From Antedon mediterranea (taxonomy: Eukaryota; Animalia; Echinodermata): a stretch of 64,000 nt of DNA. Shown here one piece after another: positions 11,201 through 24,771 of this stretch. The position numbers were made by a program, and so were the translations under genes. The stretch is from the NCBI RefSeq assembly GCF_964355755.1, contig NC_092670.1, positions 10,774,795-10,838,794 of the forward strand. The letters run 5' to 3'. The notes below the pieces were generated by a model. It had not been told where the DNA came from. It ran no database searches and worked only from the letters and a program-made list of their open reading frames with translations. Position 1 is the stretch's first letter. Each line of letters opens with the position of its first letter.

Positions 11201-12363
11201 GTGCTTATTCCGGGGGTAGGGGAGTTACTCCCTGTACAAACAACTCTAATTTTTCAGAACCATCGTCGTACAGCCGTCGCTAATCAAACAATTCTTCATC
11301 TATACACACACACACACCAGGAAAGAGGGTTCAAACCATCCGTTAAAATGATTTACCATATAACAAGGATTTGACCATGTAAACAATGTTTTTGTTTGGC
11401 TGTTAATGGAGTCATTTTAACTCAACAGCCAAAACGAAAACATTGTTTATTGAACAGGTTTATACACGCTAGCACACATCTCATAGACCTTCCCAGACGT
11501 GCTTTGGGGGTTGAGGATGCATGATCCTAAATTTGTCCTTTTTAGGTCATATGCATACATATTATTTTCAAAAGCAATATATATTTCTATTTCTATATTT
11601 CTTTTCACATTTACTTTAAATAGGTTAAAATAATGAGTGTAATTGATGCGTCAAAACTATGACCTCTTCTGATTTCAACACATTTAGACCTATTAACATT
11701 GCTTAACATTAAATCGTTGAAAATTGAACTTGTTCACAATCTTAATATAAATGTGACAAGGTGACAATTTCTTTGTTACAAAAATGATACGTAGGTTAAT
11801 CTATTTTGTGTATTTTAAACTCTTCTATGAAGAAATTTCAACTGGAAATTCTTTAATAAACAAATTATTGTACAACTATGCCATTCGACTTGTAATATTT
11901 TGGGCTTTCTTCCAATTTTTGCATACCTATACGTATACCAATTTCCATTTCCTTTTCCATCGTCTATTGTAGCAAACGGTAACAAAATATCACTACCAAT
12001 CAACATTGGTATAAACCTCCATATAAAGAATCAATTTATTTAATATAGAAGTTTGCAAAAATTTATACTTACTCCTTTCAATGTAACAAAATTTAGGCGT
12101 TTGAATTATGTTTTCAACTGATGCTTTTTCCAGTTTTTTCTGACTGATTTGACAAACACTATCTTTCTGGTTATAGTTAACAGACAGGCAATCGGATTGC
12201 TTGGAACATTCCAGCAAACAATTTAGTTTATGTATATTCTTCAACTCGTATAGTAACTCCAACCTTCAAGAGCATGCCCTTGGAGAATAACAGTATAATT
12301 ATATGTATTGATCGAATCATCACTGATGACAAATGACAGAAGTAAGACAATTAAAGTTAGCAT
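8265..12363 (-). pseudogene. PAN/Apple + FReD paralog 1 (exons 1-2 only, frameshifted)
   Basis: Exon 1 12363-12073 (signal peptide MLTLIVLLLSFVIS; PAN motif CLLEC..CLSVNY..CQIS) carries a 5-nt insertion at 12251-12255 relative to paralog 2, giving an early stop. Exon 2 8398-8265 reads CFMRGCGDIL..SGEYVMQP..VYCDIRESGNWT. Exons 3-4 not seen in the window. Confidence 0.85.
8508..10152. repeat. Minisatellite: 39-bp unit grading into a 34-bp unit, in intron 1 of paralog 1
   Basis: Unit AGTAAGGCAGGATACGAATCATCGGGACCGAAGAGGACC; later copies lack GACCG and read ATTAAGGGAGGATACGAATCATCGGAAGAGGACC. Confidence 0.95.
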
Positions 12364-12598
12364 TTCGACGTTTTTAGAATTATGTAGTGACGAATGAAAC
12401 GGTTATTGTGCCAATACAATCTACAATTCGTCTTAAAATACTCGATGATACTGTATGAGTTACCTAATGTGGTACGAACTATATTTTTATCTTTTACATA
12501 TTCCATTATCCAATCACTTTACATACAACCCAGTGTGCACCAATCAAAATGGTGATAGTAAGATATGATTTACATAAACAAAGTTAAACATGAGGATA

Positions 12599-14904
12599 TA
12601 GTAGGGAGGCCAATGTGAGCTTTTTCATCATTGGGGACATTTTCTGTTAATAGCAGGCAACCATGTGGAATATGTTCCTTATGGGATGAAAAAAAAAATA
12701 GGGGTGGATGCCGCTCTCAAATTTCAAGTTAAAGGTCATTTTGAAGGTTATAAGGTCAAATATGGTAAAATCGGGATTTAAGGTGTTTTCAACAACTTAT
12801 AAGCAAATTAAAACATATTTAACAATAATTGACATCATGTCGATGATGATCAAGTTTTTCAATATATCAACTTAAAAGTTTAAAGGTCATTTTCAATGTT
12901 ATAAGGTCAAATTATGGTAAATTCATGTTTTTTAGCTGGTTCAACAATGTACAAGCAATATGAAACAAATGTAACAATTATTAGATCATTATTGACGTAT
13001 TATAGAAGATGGTTAAGTTTAAAGGTCATTTTCAAGGTCATAAGGTCAAATATAACACAGACCTGTTAATTATTATCAGTATTAATAATTTAAATAAATA
13101 TAAATAAATAACTAATTTTCATGAGGATAACCTGCTGGGGCTGATGGGTAGTGATGTGTCAAAATTACCAGAATTGTCCTGGGGAGATTTTAAACTTGAC
13201 ATTTCATGGGGAGTCATGGAATATAAAAATAACCGGAATTTAAGATTTTTAAGAATTTTAAAAGAATCACAGAGGGGTTGTGGGTTGGAAGAGACCATGG
13301 AATATAAACATGAGCGGAATTTGTACTTGGAATGTTTTAAACTACTGGTGTAGGATTGGGAGAGGTAGCCGCACTGGGGTGGGTATTTCTTCTATTACAT
13401 AATATAATTGCATGCATATTAGCCAGCTGGGTATTCAACAATCACACATGCATATTTACGGCAACAAATATATCTGGCTCTTTCATTTCATTTTGACCAT
13501 AATATTGATTTACAAATTCCATTTACAAGGAGTGGATGCGTTACGAATGATTTCCAGTATGACTGCTTCCCATAACCATCAAATGATGATGTCTTGACAC
13601 CTGTAAAGGTACGAACGCTGTTTTGATTATCCGTAATATTTTTTCGGCCACTTTTTTGTTCAGTATACCAGATATCGTCCTTTAGTATGTTTGCTATAAG
13701 ACTTAAAAAGTGCACATTATTACACATCAACTGTCATGTATAAGCACATAAGCTTCTTCGTGATTGATATAGCAGATCATTTCTCCTTGTTTACCTTGCA
13801 TCTTGAAAATCTACCCACTGTTACCAACTCGTATTATTCTTGAACTGTTCTCTATGTATTCATTATCTAGGTAACTAAAATGCCTGACAGCCATGTTTAC
13901 TGAATCCTTAAACTAGTAATGAATGATTATCATGTTTTTAAGTTCCAGCTTCTGGAACATCTGTGAGTATGTCAACGCCATTCACCATTAAATTATGTAT
14001 GAAGTCAGATTTGACTAAAGAAATTGAAATTGAACTATGATCAGGCTCTACTTTATGATATTGACCAACTCCAATGGTTGGTCAGCAGATTTTCTGTCAG
14101 CTTTTTTTCGTAAATTTTGTTTTGATATGCACTATTAGAAATGGTTGCCTTATAGAAATCAGCAAAGGTTTAGAGCGATGCTTTCTCAGTGGCTTATAAA
14201 ATTCTACTGTTTTTCTCTTTCTTTAAATGTAAGCTCTTCCACATCATCCGTCAGGTTGAAAAGATATTGTGTATGTACCATGTCATGCAGAACCTATCAC
14301 TGAATGAATTGTTTCTTGTTGTACCATAGGCCTATAATTCTATAGGCCTAACAAACTTCTCAATATTACGTTATATATAGATAGTAATAATATTATAGTA
14401 AAATATGAATATTTTGGCACATATGGCGTTTCATACCTATAATAATTTAACTATTTTCCCGACTAAAATCGAAACGCTGACTGGTGGACAACATAAAAAA
14501 AGACAAATTAACAACAGACTGGGGAAAGTCTAAAAAAAATTTGTTGTAATTAAAAGATGTTTTATCTGAATTATGTTAAAACAAAATTTTGAGAAAATGA
14601 CACTTTTGTATTTAATTTCCTATATTTTTATGTGTAGAATAAAATGCTTATCTTATAATTACTATAATATAAAACATTAGTTGATCTTTGTTGATGATTT
14701 TCCATGAATAAAGTAAAAATCCCATATTTTGATCTTGTTTGACCTTTTGACAATATAAACTTACCTTAAAACCTAAAACTGAGAATGGCATCCACCCCTA
14801 TCATTTTTTGTCAACCCACAATGGATACATTCAACATGGTTGCCTGCTATTAACAAAAAATGCCCCCCAAACCTTTTCTAGAGGACTTTTGAGTATTTGG
14901 CCTC
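12599..14904 (-). mobile_element. Decayed DNA transposon with long TIRs, Academ-like
   Basis: Starts TAGTAGGGAGGCCAA and ends TTGGCCTC. Imperfect TIRs of ~150 bp (gttaatagcaggcaaccatgt / acatggttgcctgctattaac; taggggtggatgcc / ggcatccacccta). Minus-strand remnants INHEEA and TGVKTSSFDGYGKQSYWK resemble the HEEAD and TGCD..S.F.G.GK motifs of the XPG-like domain of Academ transposases. Confidence 0.6.
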
Positions 14905-15474
14905 ATGTTAAACATGAGGATATGTTGTTTTTTAGACGCATTTAATTTTTTATTAATTTTATAAATTGGGCAATATTAGGCTTCACGTATCTTGGTAGGC
15001 TCATGAAGTAATTAACACATCAACAGTATTGGGTGCATGTCATATTGTCCCTGTTTAATGTGATGGTCTCTTCATACCTCCACCTCCCGCAGCAATACTT
15101 CAAAGCTAACAATAACATTAATGTACAATAAAAACAGTTATAATAATATTGACAACATTGGCAGATTATCCTCCACAGAGACATATTTGGAAAATGGTGT
15201 GATGTTTATGAGACAGTAAACGTCATCCATGACGATTATGTATACAAGTGCGATGACGTCTTTCAGAATTCAGAGTTTTACATTTAAAGTTTCTTATTTT
15301 TCCATTCACATTTCACTAAATAAATGTGTGAGGTGTAAGATTTTTAAAACGTGATGTATTGAATACAGTATTCTAATTTAAAGTTTTTTGGAGAGTAGTC
15401 CTACAATGAGTGGACATTTGTATGCACAAAAACATCCCATAAACAATCGGTTCACCTCCACGGCGGTGCAATAA

Positions 15475-15990
15475 TTCAATTCAATTCAAATAAACATTTA
15501 TTTCTTTCATTCATATTTGAGTAAAAAAAAACATTATAATTTCTGATATTTTATAAATAAATTTTTTTTTTTTTTTTATAGATACAATACAGTAAATCAT
15601 AATGTATAAAAAGATGATTCAGTTATATACAAAATGAAAGAGGCAAAAAAACCCAAGAAAGTATCGATCAATTGGAAAAAAAAAATCCAATTGAAACTTG
15701 TATGTTGGGAAGCCATGTAAGAAGAGTTTATGAAAGTTGGGACGAGAAAGTTAGTCAGGAACAAATAATATTTTATATGCATTTTCAAATATTGTTTGTT
15801 ATCCGAGTAAGATTCTTTAGGAGCGGGATAACATTTTCCAAAACTACAAATTTGTTTTACTCTAAATCTGCTCCGGTGAGTGTGATTTTCAAAATCTTTT
15901 GTCCAGATATAATATTTAATTTGCATGTCGTATACGTATTCCAATTGAATCGTGTGAATTTTCTGTATGCACGTCCCCCATCAATAAACA
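15475..15990 (-). mobile_element. Probable 3' end of a decayed CR1/L2-group LINE
   Basis: Minus-strand AATAAA followed by a (TTGAA)n tail at 15475-15505, preceded by degraded coding-like sequence. Confidence 0.4.
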
Positions 15991-16917
15991 TATTAATCAT
16001 TCATTCATTAAACCATACTTACAAAATCAATTGCATCACATAAGAAAAAAACAAGTTTATCTCAGGATGTCCATCATTTTGTTATGGAGCCTGGATGATT
16101 CAAATGATGATAGTAATACTTCTTTCTTGGAGATACAAGAAATATTTATTATATATGGCCTTTGGCCCAAATAATATACAATGTAATACAATATTAAATA
16201 AATATCATTTGAATGCGTTTAAATGAAAAAAATAAATATTTTCCAAGTTTAACAATAAGATCAGAATTTGTGATAGACATAAGATCAATATATTTTAATT
16301 TAGTTGGGTTGTTTGTATAAAAGGAAAACATATATTTAGTTCTAATATCTTCATAAAATGGACAAACTAAAGTCAAATAATATTCATCTTCAATTGATTG
16401 TAAAGCACATAATTTACATAATCTTTCATTTCTATTTATACAATTCCATCTTCCTTTTTCAATTTATAATTCTAAAATTCCTAATCTTATCTTAGCAATA
16501 ATTTGTCTATGTTTGTAATTTGTTACTTTAGTTAGATATTCTTCAATTCCAAAATTATATTTAATGTGTTTGTAATATTGGAGCTTAGAGTGTAGCCTAG
16601 TATCTTCATAGAATTGTTGTCGTTCAATGTCTGTAAGCCTTTGTTTAATATTTGAAATAAAAGTATATATATTATTAACCTGTTGTGAGTACCATATGTT
16701 ACCAAATCCATTTATGCATAGTATTTGTTTTACGTCATTGGCCCAACATTGATCATTTCTTTGAGCTTTTCTATATTGAAAATCATAACATTGTTTAATA
16801 AATTTGTCATTATCCATTTGGATTACTCTTAGCCAGTAACGAATTATATTAATGATAATTTGAATTTGGATAGTAAATCTTCCACATTCTCCTCTCACTG
16901 CAACACTTGGTGCAGAA

Positions 16918-17146
16918 TTTTTTTTTTAAACACCATATTTAATGAGGGTTATCCATCCAGCTATTGCTGATCATTAGGGACCCTCAGAGGTTCACACGAC
17001 AAACATATACACAAGATGCTCTACATAAACAAAGTCTTATTACAAGTCTTTGGGAGTGAATTGTAATTTGGTCCTTAGAAAAAATCCTGACATGTGACGG
17101 GACTTGGAGTGGTAGCCAAGCATCATAACCACCAAGCCACAACTCC
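16918..17146 (-). mobile_element. Short retroposed insertion (SINE or LINE tail)
   Basis: Splits the host peptide KYILGV|KKNSAPSVAVRGECG; A-tail on the minus strand and a GAGGGT...ACCCTC stem-loop near its 3' end. Confidence 0.55.
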
Positions 17147-17535
17147 ACTCCTAGAATGTATTTACAGAATCTTAGATGAACTTTCTCTAATACTGATATA
17201 TCATTTAAACCCCATATTTCGCTACCATAAAGTAGGATTGGCATAATCTTAACATCAAATATGGTTCCATATATTAACTTGGAGGTTGCCAAAACGCATA
17301 TGGGTCAATCCCTTCAATGTGAACAAAGCCTTATTAGCTTGTTGACAATTGTATTCTTTAGCTATTCCAATTACCATTTGAGTTGAAAACAACTCCTAAA
17401 TATTTAAAGGATTTGTCAATGTCAACTGTATTTCCATTGTAATTCCATTGTTCAAATTTGTTAAGACTACCACCATTCTTAAACACTACAATATTACTCT
17501 TGTTAACATTGACAGTTACATCCCATCTTGTACAA

Positions 17536-18085
17536 TATCCCTTTCACACCAAAAGCAAAACTCCGGAGACACTCCGGAGTTGACGCCCCGCTGCTGTTTG
17601 GTGTGAAAGGTAAAATCAAGCAACTCCGGAGTTTAAAACTGCGGGGTTGAACAGCTGAACATTCTCCGGAGAGCGAACTGCGGGGACACCCCGGTGTTTT
17701 GGTGTGAAAGGTACCAACATCAAACTCCGGAGTGTTTCGGGTCAAAAGGTCATCCTCACACGATCACTCATTGCTTTAGTTTTATTTCAAAATACTTTAA
17801 ATATTTTAAAAAAATATATAGCGGGTTTAAAAAAATAATAAGTAGTATCAATAAAACGTTATATTACTTCTAAGACTTTTGAAAGTAATTATTAAATTTA
17901 TAATATTATTAATTAAAATGATTCTAATGATCGTCGCTATGTAAACAAACAAAATAGAGGGCGACATTTACAATGTTATTTTGTAAACCCCGGTGTTGCT
18001 AGGTTGGTGTGAAAGGGGTATCTCCGGGGTTTCTCGACGTTTTGAATGGTCATAAACCCCGGGGTGTTTTGGTGTGAAAGGGGTA
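17536..18085. mobile_element. Harbinger-derived MITE, copy 1 (550 bp)
   Basis: TIRs TATCCCTTTCACACC / GGTGTGAAAGGGGTA; 3-bp TSD CAA (17533-17535, 18086-18088). The right ~155 bp matches 5633-5809 of the autonomous element. Confidence 0.92.
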
Positions 18086-18258
18086 CAATAGTAGATAACT
18101 TGTTTAAATAATATTGTAGACCATAAACGGTATCACCGAATAATATAAGGTCATCTGCATAGAGTAAATGATTAATTTTTAGATTTCCTATTTGGATTCT
18201 ATGCCCGTCGCCTTCCTCATTTAATGTTTCACTCAAATCATTAATAAAAATATTAAAT

Positions 18259-18994
18259 AACAAGGCCATATAGATGGCTGCAGTCGCGTGCTTAGTGTTT
18301 ACCGACCGACCGACCAACCTACCATCTGACCGAAATTACTGAACATGTTTTAAAATGTTGAAATGTTTAAAAACAGTAAATATTTTTTTAATTTACACGT
18401 GCGTAGCCTGTCACTTTTGACGTGCTCGTATAACGTAATTTCGAATTGAAAAGTAAGTCAAGAAAACAGAAATCGGGCAAAACGATTGCGCAATAACATT
18501 TAACGCGCAGCGCGCGCGCAAAAATCTGCGCACTCATGGCAATTTTGTAAACGCCTAAAATTGCCTGACACGTACTCTTATTTCATCGAAAATAAATTTT
18601 GAAAATTGTAAGCGTGCGTACGCATGCGTTACATGCGCTACGCACGTAATTGTATTGCCATATGATGATTTATGCCCTGAAATTTATGAATTGTGATTCA
18701 TGGTTGTGAAGATATGATTACAAGCGTGATTTCGTTAAATCGTGCGTAGACCGCGTAATTTTTTTATTGCGCACCGTGAAAACATAACCACATCGATTCC
18801 TGGCCATAAGGAATATACTGTGAAAAATTGACTTAGCTAGATTAAACTGATATCAAGATAAGGTCAGAAAGCGATAAAACGCATAGTGATACCGGACCGA
18901 CAGACCGACAGACCGACAGACCGACAGACCGACAGACCGACCGACCGACCGACCGACATAGTAAACTATAGAGTCGTTTCCACGCGACTAAAAA
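18259..18994 (+). mobile_element. DINE-1/HINE-like (Helentron-associated) non-autonomous element
   Basis: Subterminal inverted repeat AGTCGCGTG...CACGCGACT, (GACC/GACA)n microsatellite, terminal stem-loop before an A-run, no TSD. Splits the LINE peptide SPLSSFL|FNIFIND. Confidence 0.7.
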
Positions 18995-20009
18995 GGACGA
19001 GAGTGGCGAACCCTGTTGTATACCTATTAAACATTTGAAAGAATTACTAATATTGCCGTCGACCTTAACATGTGCTGATAACTTATTGTACATTGAATTA
19101 ATAACGTTTAACATTTTTCCTTTTACTCCTTAATTTTTTAGTTTTATGTGAAGATATTGATGTCCTACGGAGTCAAAGGCTCGTTTAAAATCAATGAAAG
19201 CAGCATACTTTCCCACGTTTTTTTCCTAGGTATTTGTTAATTATTGTGTTAAGAATAAATACATTATCCGATGTTCTGAACCCCTTTCTAAAACCGGCTT
19301 GTTCCTGATGTAGAATGTTATTATCTTCTGCCCAAAATTGTAATCTTTTATTAATAAAATAAGAAAATTTTAGCAAAAACAGGAATAAGTGATATTCGTC
19401 TATAATTATCTGGTTGTTCTTTGTCACCTTTTATAAATATTGGGACAATAAGGCTGGTTGCCCATTGCTGTGGAAACTGTCCTGTATTATAAATTATATT
19501 ATATAATTTTGTTATTAGATTGATTACATTTTGAGATGAGTGTATAAAAAGTTCTGGTAATAATCCATCAATTCCAGGTGATTTACCTGTTTTTTGGATT
19601 TAATGGCATGAATTACCTCATCTACTGTAATGTCATTATTTAGTTCGTTTTCATTTACAGCAGGTTCATTATTAATGACTTCCTACAGTTTGATTATCTC
19701 TATTTTCATTATTATGAAATAAGGATTCGAAGTGAGTGCGCCATGTATTAATACGTATGTTATTTGGAAAATTTTGTTTTGTTTGTTTTAGTTTAATCCA
19801 GAATGATTTTGAGTTTTTTTCTCCTAATGATCTAATCAATTCTGTACGTGATCTTTTAATATAGCTGTATTTCTTATTTCTTATTAATGTTTTATATTCT
19901 TTTTTTATTTCCAGGTATGCATTAAGCAATGTTTGTGTACGATCGTGTCGGAATCTATTTAAACTTCTTCGAACTTTGTTTTTAAGTGTAAGACATTGAT
20001 TGTCATACC

Positions 20010-21366
20010 TTCATTGTTCTTCGACTTGGTCCATAGAATATTAAATGCATTTGAAAAAAGGGAATAGGCACTTACTACCTTTATGGATTTGTCAAAAGCG
20101 TTTGACATTATCGATTACAGTATTCTGTTGAGCAAATTGGCGCATTATGGTATAAGAGGCATCGTTTTAATGTGGTTTAGAAACTATTTAAGTGGCCGCA
20201 AACAATATGTTTATGCCAATGGTAGATCATCATGTTTAAAAGACACCAATATAGGGGTGCCACAGGGTTCTGTTTTAGGACCACTTTTGTTTTTAATTTA
20301 CATCAATGATATAAGTCGAGCAAGTAGTAAAATAGATATAATTAGTTTTGCTGACGACACAACTTGTATAACAAGGGGAGATGACCCTACAATGTTAAAC
20401 CATACTATGAATATTGAACTAGAAAAAATAAACGTATGGCTTAAAGCAAATAAGCTGTTACTGAATGTCAGCAAAACTAATTACGTTGTTTTTAGAACTA
20501 ACCAAAAGTACTTTGACAAAAACCAGTTTAAAATAAAAATGAATAATGTGTTATTACATAGAAAAGGAAATGTGACATTTCTAGGTGTAATTTTAATCGA
20601 AAATCTTAACTGGAAACATCACATACAGCTTATTAGGAAAAAAATGTCTAGGGCAATATACTTTTAAAAGTAAGAGAATTCTTTCCTCATAAAGTCCGTA
20701 TTAGTCTTTATAACACCTTAGTATTACCTCACCTTCAGTATGGTAACTTAATATGGGGAAATACATACAAGAGCACGTTAGAAGTAATACTAAAACTCCA
20801 AAAGAGAGCTGTAAAATGCATTACCTTCTCTAAATTCAGACAAACCTCAGAGCCACTGTTTAAGAAACTAAAATATTAAACGTTTATGATATTTACAAAG
20901 TAAACGTCATAGGATTTATGGCAAACGTAAAATTCAATGAATTACCACATCACATTTTAAATATTTTTAATTACTCTGACAGTATTAGGCCTACTCATAA
21001 CCTCAGAACAGAAACTGAATTCGAAATTCCCTTCACAAGACTAACTTGCAGTCAACAGTTTATACACATATATGGACCAAAATTGTGGAAAGAATTCACT
21101 TGTAATGGTGGTAATAAACCGGTTATCTTAAAGAAACAAAATAAATGTATAAAAAAACAGCTCAAAAAATACTTTTTATCACTATATGTTGATTAACAAC
21201 ACCTTTGTTTATTTAAGTTCTATATACTTGTTCTTATGTAAAGGGGTCCTACAAAAAAACGAAGCTACAGCTTTTTTATGCAGGATCCCTGTTTTCAGTT
21301 GTACTGTAATTATGATGTACTGTAATTGATGACTAAATAAATGTGGAATAAATGAAATGAAATGAA
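20010..21366 (+). mobile_element. 5'-truncated CR1/L2-group (Crack/Daphne-like) LINE
   Basis: DLSKAFD, GVPQGSVLGPLLFLIYIND, FADDT, FLGV..NLNWKHHI; frameshifts after 20667; 3' UTR stem-loop at ~21242-21290 and a (GAAAT)n tail. Confidence 0.9.
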
Positions 21367-21876
21367 AGCGTGGTTCCCACTAGCGACGCAACCGACGCAG
21401 CGTAACTAATGCCCTTTCAATAATTGTGTTTTCCTCCTAACCAGCTGGTTTATCCTGAAATATTTCAAAGTAAGTTGAAATCGTCTTTGTGCTGATTTCT
21501 TAACTTACTATTATTAATTTCAATAACCTGGATACTAAACAAGTCTGCAGTCAATACAGAATTTAATCAATGTCACCACTTTAATCAATAAGTTGTTCAA
21601 TATTCCAATATTGAATCACCTCGATTCTTTGAATCTTCTTTTTTTCTTTCTATGAAATTTCATATATATGTATATTTCTATTACAGATTGCATATATAAT
21701 ATATATGATGAAGATGTTTAATAAAATTAACAAATAAATTATTATTGTCCTATATTTAATTACTACTTTCAATATCTTTTTATGACTGTTTATACAAAAC
21801 AGCTTACGATTCTCAAGCAACAATACTTTCAAGAAAAGAATCATTATTTTCAAAATTGAAGGGAAAATCTTATAAA

Positions 21877-23070
21877 ACTAGAAAGCCACTTCGAGAGTGC
21901 ATACGTATCTCCGCCTACTGTAAAATTCTCCTACATAAGATTTCTCCGGGGATATATTTGTGTCTGTCTTAATGCTGTTTGTGATTGAGGCTAATTTCAC
22001 AAGCATGTGTATGCGAGTTTGGTGTAATGGTTATGTAACAAGCCTTTCAATTAACAATAGCTTCAGTTAACATATTCCCCTTTTACACCAAAACTCCGGA
22101 GTGATTTCCGGAAACAACCCGGGGTTTATGACCGTTCAAAACGTCGAGAAACTCCGGATATACCCGTTCACACCAACCTAGCAACACCGGGGTTAATAAA
22201 ATAAAATTGTAAATATCGCCCTCTATTTATTTGTTTATATAGCGACGATCATTAGAATCATTTTAATTGACAATATTTTTAATTTAATAATTATTTTCAA
22301 AAGTCTCAGAAGTCATATAATGTTTTACTGTTACTACTTATTATTTTCTAGACCCGCTATATATTTTTTACAAATATTTAAAGTATTTTGAAATAATACT
22401 AATACAATGAGTGATCGTGTGAGGATGACCTAAAAACTCTGGAGTTTGATGTTGATACCTTTCACACCAAAACACCGGGGTGTCCCCGCAGTTAGCTCTC
22501 CGGAGATTGATCAGCTGTTCAAACCCGCAGTTTTAAACTCCGGAGTTGCTTGATTTTACCTTTCACACCGAGGCGTCAACTCCGGAGTCTCTCCGGAGTT
22601 TTGCTTTTGGTGTGAAAGGGATATAACAATAGAGCAGCAACGCGAAAATCACACGAGTGAATTTGAAAAGAAATAGGTTTTTTAAACTAATCGCATCAAA
22701 AAAGGTGCACATTAAATCAAAAGATTATAAATCACAAATTATAATTCTTGCCTCTTGTACAAAAATGAAGTAGTTCTCACGAAAATGCAATTTCAGTTTA
22801 CTTGTTACTTTAAGACTGCTCGCCGGCTTTTGAAAATTCTGTCCTATCTTTTAACACTAGCAGTGTTTGAAAAGTCTGAAAAGTATATTAAAAAGTGGTC
22901 CAGAATTGGGACCATGGTCCCAAATGATCACAAAATGTAATGGAATGGTCCTTGACCACATATCTATCTGTATATTTATTTTGGTAAATATCTGGTAATT
23001 ACTTTTTGAGTAATCCTGCTAACAAACAAACACACGCGACGGATTACATATACCTCCTTGGCGGAGGTAA
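21877..23070 (+). mobile_element. DINE-1/HINE-like element hosting MITE copy 2
   Basis: Starts ACTAGAAAG..CTCCGCC; ends with (ACAA)n and the hairpin ACCTCCTTGGCGGAGGT-AA, whose GGCGGAG arm is complementary to the 5' CTCCGCC. Confidence 0.65.
22075..22623. mobile_element. Harbinger-derived MITE, copy 2 (inverted relative to copy 1)
   Basis: Reverse-complement match to 17536-18085 along its length; ends TTCCCCTTTTACACC / GGTGTGAAAGGGATA. TSD not clean (ATA/TAA). Confidence 0.9.
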
Positions 23071-24771
23071 ACTAGATTTGAGCTTGTCACTTAGTTAAGT
23101 TAAAACAACAGCAACAACAACAATCATGTTAACGTGTGTGCACGTTTGTGTTTGTGTGAATAACCTAAGCGACAGGTTCAACTCAAGTTAGCGTTAAGTA
23201 ATGGAATGCAACGCAAGAACGTAAGCGCAATACAAGCAGTTGACCAATTAACAAGAGATAGTTCGAATAATCCATTGCTTGCGTTGCATTATACATTTGC
23301 GTAGTTTGTATTTATCTCCATTTGACAATAATATTTCACCACTGCAATCAATAAGTTGTTCAATATTCAATATTCGACTCTTTAAAATCTCTTTTAGATC
23401 ATAAGACATGAGATAACTTAATAACATAATGTGATTTCCAAGAAGTTTCATATGTATATTTCTAATACAGACTGCATATTTATAATATATATGATGAAGA
23501 TGTGTAACAAATACATTACTCTTTCAATCTCTTTTGATGATTGTTTACAGAACAAAAACAGCTACAACGATTTTCAAGCAACAATATTTAAAATGTCTTT
23601 CAAGTCAAGAATCATAATGGTATCACACTTTTCAAGATTGGAGGGTAAATCATTAGGGCGCAAATCCTATTAGGACGTTAGCGCAACGGATTATTCGAAC
23701 TGTCGCTTGTCATTGGTCAACTCACGTTGTGTTTGCGCTTACGTCATTGCGTTGCGTCTTAGTTGGAACCATGCTTTAGGCTCAATGCTGACTAGATTTG
23801 AACTTCCGCGCAAACATAACGTGCACGTTAAAAATATGAACGCAGAGAAAATTGATTATACCATCCCTTGACCATTAATAAATATATTAAACGTGTTGAA
23901 TTGTGTCTAGTCTGTGTCATATAGTATAAACAATACTACTACATTGTAGCATAGGTGAAATTAGGAACGCAGTTAAATTCAAATTTTTTTAATGATGTCA
24001 TCAAAATTAAACATGAATATAACAATTTTGGAAGATAATTATCTGGAGATCGAAGAAATTCGGGAACATAGAAGCGAGATGTGCGCTCTTTAGAATGTGA
24101 TGAATTATAACGATAAAGATGAAAATCCCTCTTTTTAAATTCAGCTCAACCATATATGATGACGTCATACCGATAGGCAGCAAAATCATTTTATACATGA
24201 ATTCGTATCTATTTCAATAGCATCTCTATTAATGATTTCCAAAATAATGTTGCATTTGTTGATTGTGCAAGGTAAAATTACAATGTCATGTATTCAAATA
24301 GTATCCTAATAATGCAAGAAGTTTCGTTAGGTAAAAACAAACAGTACATTTTAGATTTAAAAGATGGCGGATTTTGTTGTGAATAAAATGAAGATGTTTT
24401 TGTTTTGAACAATTTTATTTCATTCTAATAAACATTTATTTCCTTCCTTTTTTCTTTTTTTTAGAATCATGACGATATCATGTAAAAAAAGTTGAATGGA
24501 TTATTGATTATGGATTGACGTGCGGCCGTCATACGAACATAGGTTGCGGGTAAAATTACCCACAAAACTGGCGATTTCAAATGTACGTACCACCTATAAT
24601 ACATTGTCGTTTACAGAAACGAATAAATGATGATTTATGTAGTCAACTAAAATTAATACCATGGGAATTACTCCCGAAATAGAAACCTGTCACAAAATGA
24701 GTCCAAATGTTTGATTTGGACTCATTTAAACAAACCCAATTTGTGTTTTGTATGTAACATTATGGTTGAAC

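Larger units (their letters stand above)
16141..20010 (-). mobile_element. 5'-truncated decayed LINE (RTE-X-like ORF2) with three nested insertions
   Basis: RT motifs in order: KSPGIDG, EQAGFRKG, GIQQGSPLS, HLLYADD, ILLYGSEIWG, RGECGR, IRYWLR, then a C-terminal IEKGRW..RLCKLC..IEDE..LVCPFY segment. Interrupted at ~16918-17146, 17536-18085 and ~18259-18994. Clade assigned from memory of the C-terminal motif. Confidence 0.85.
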
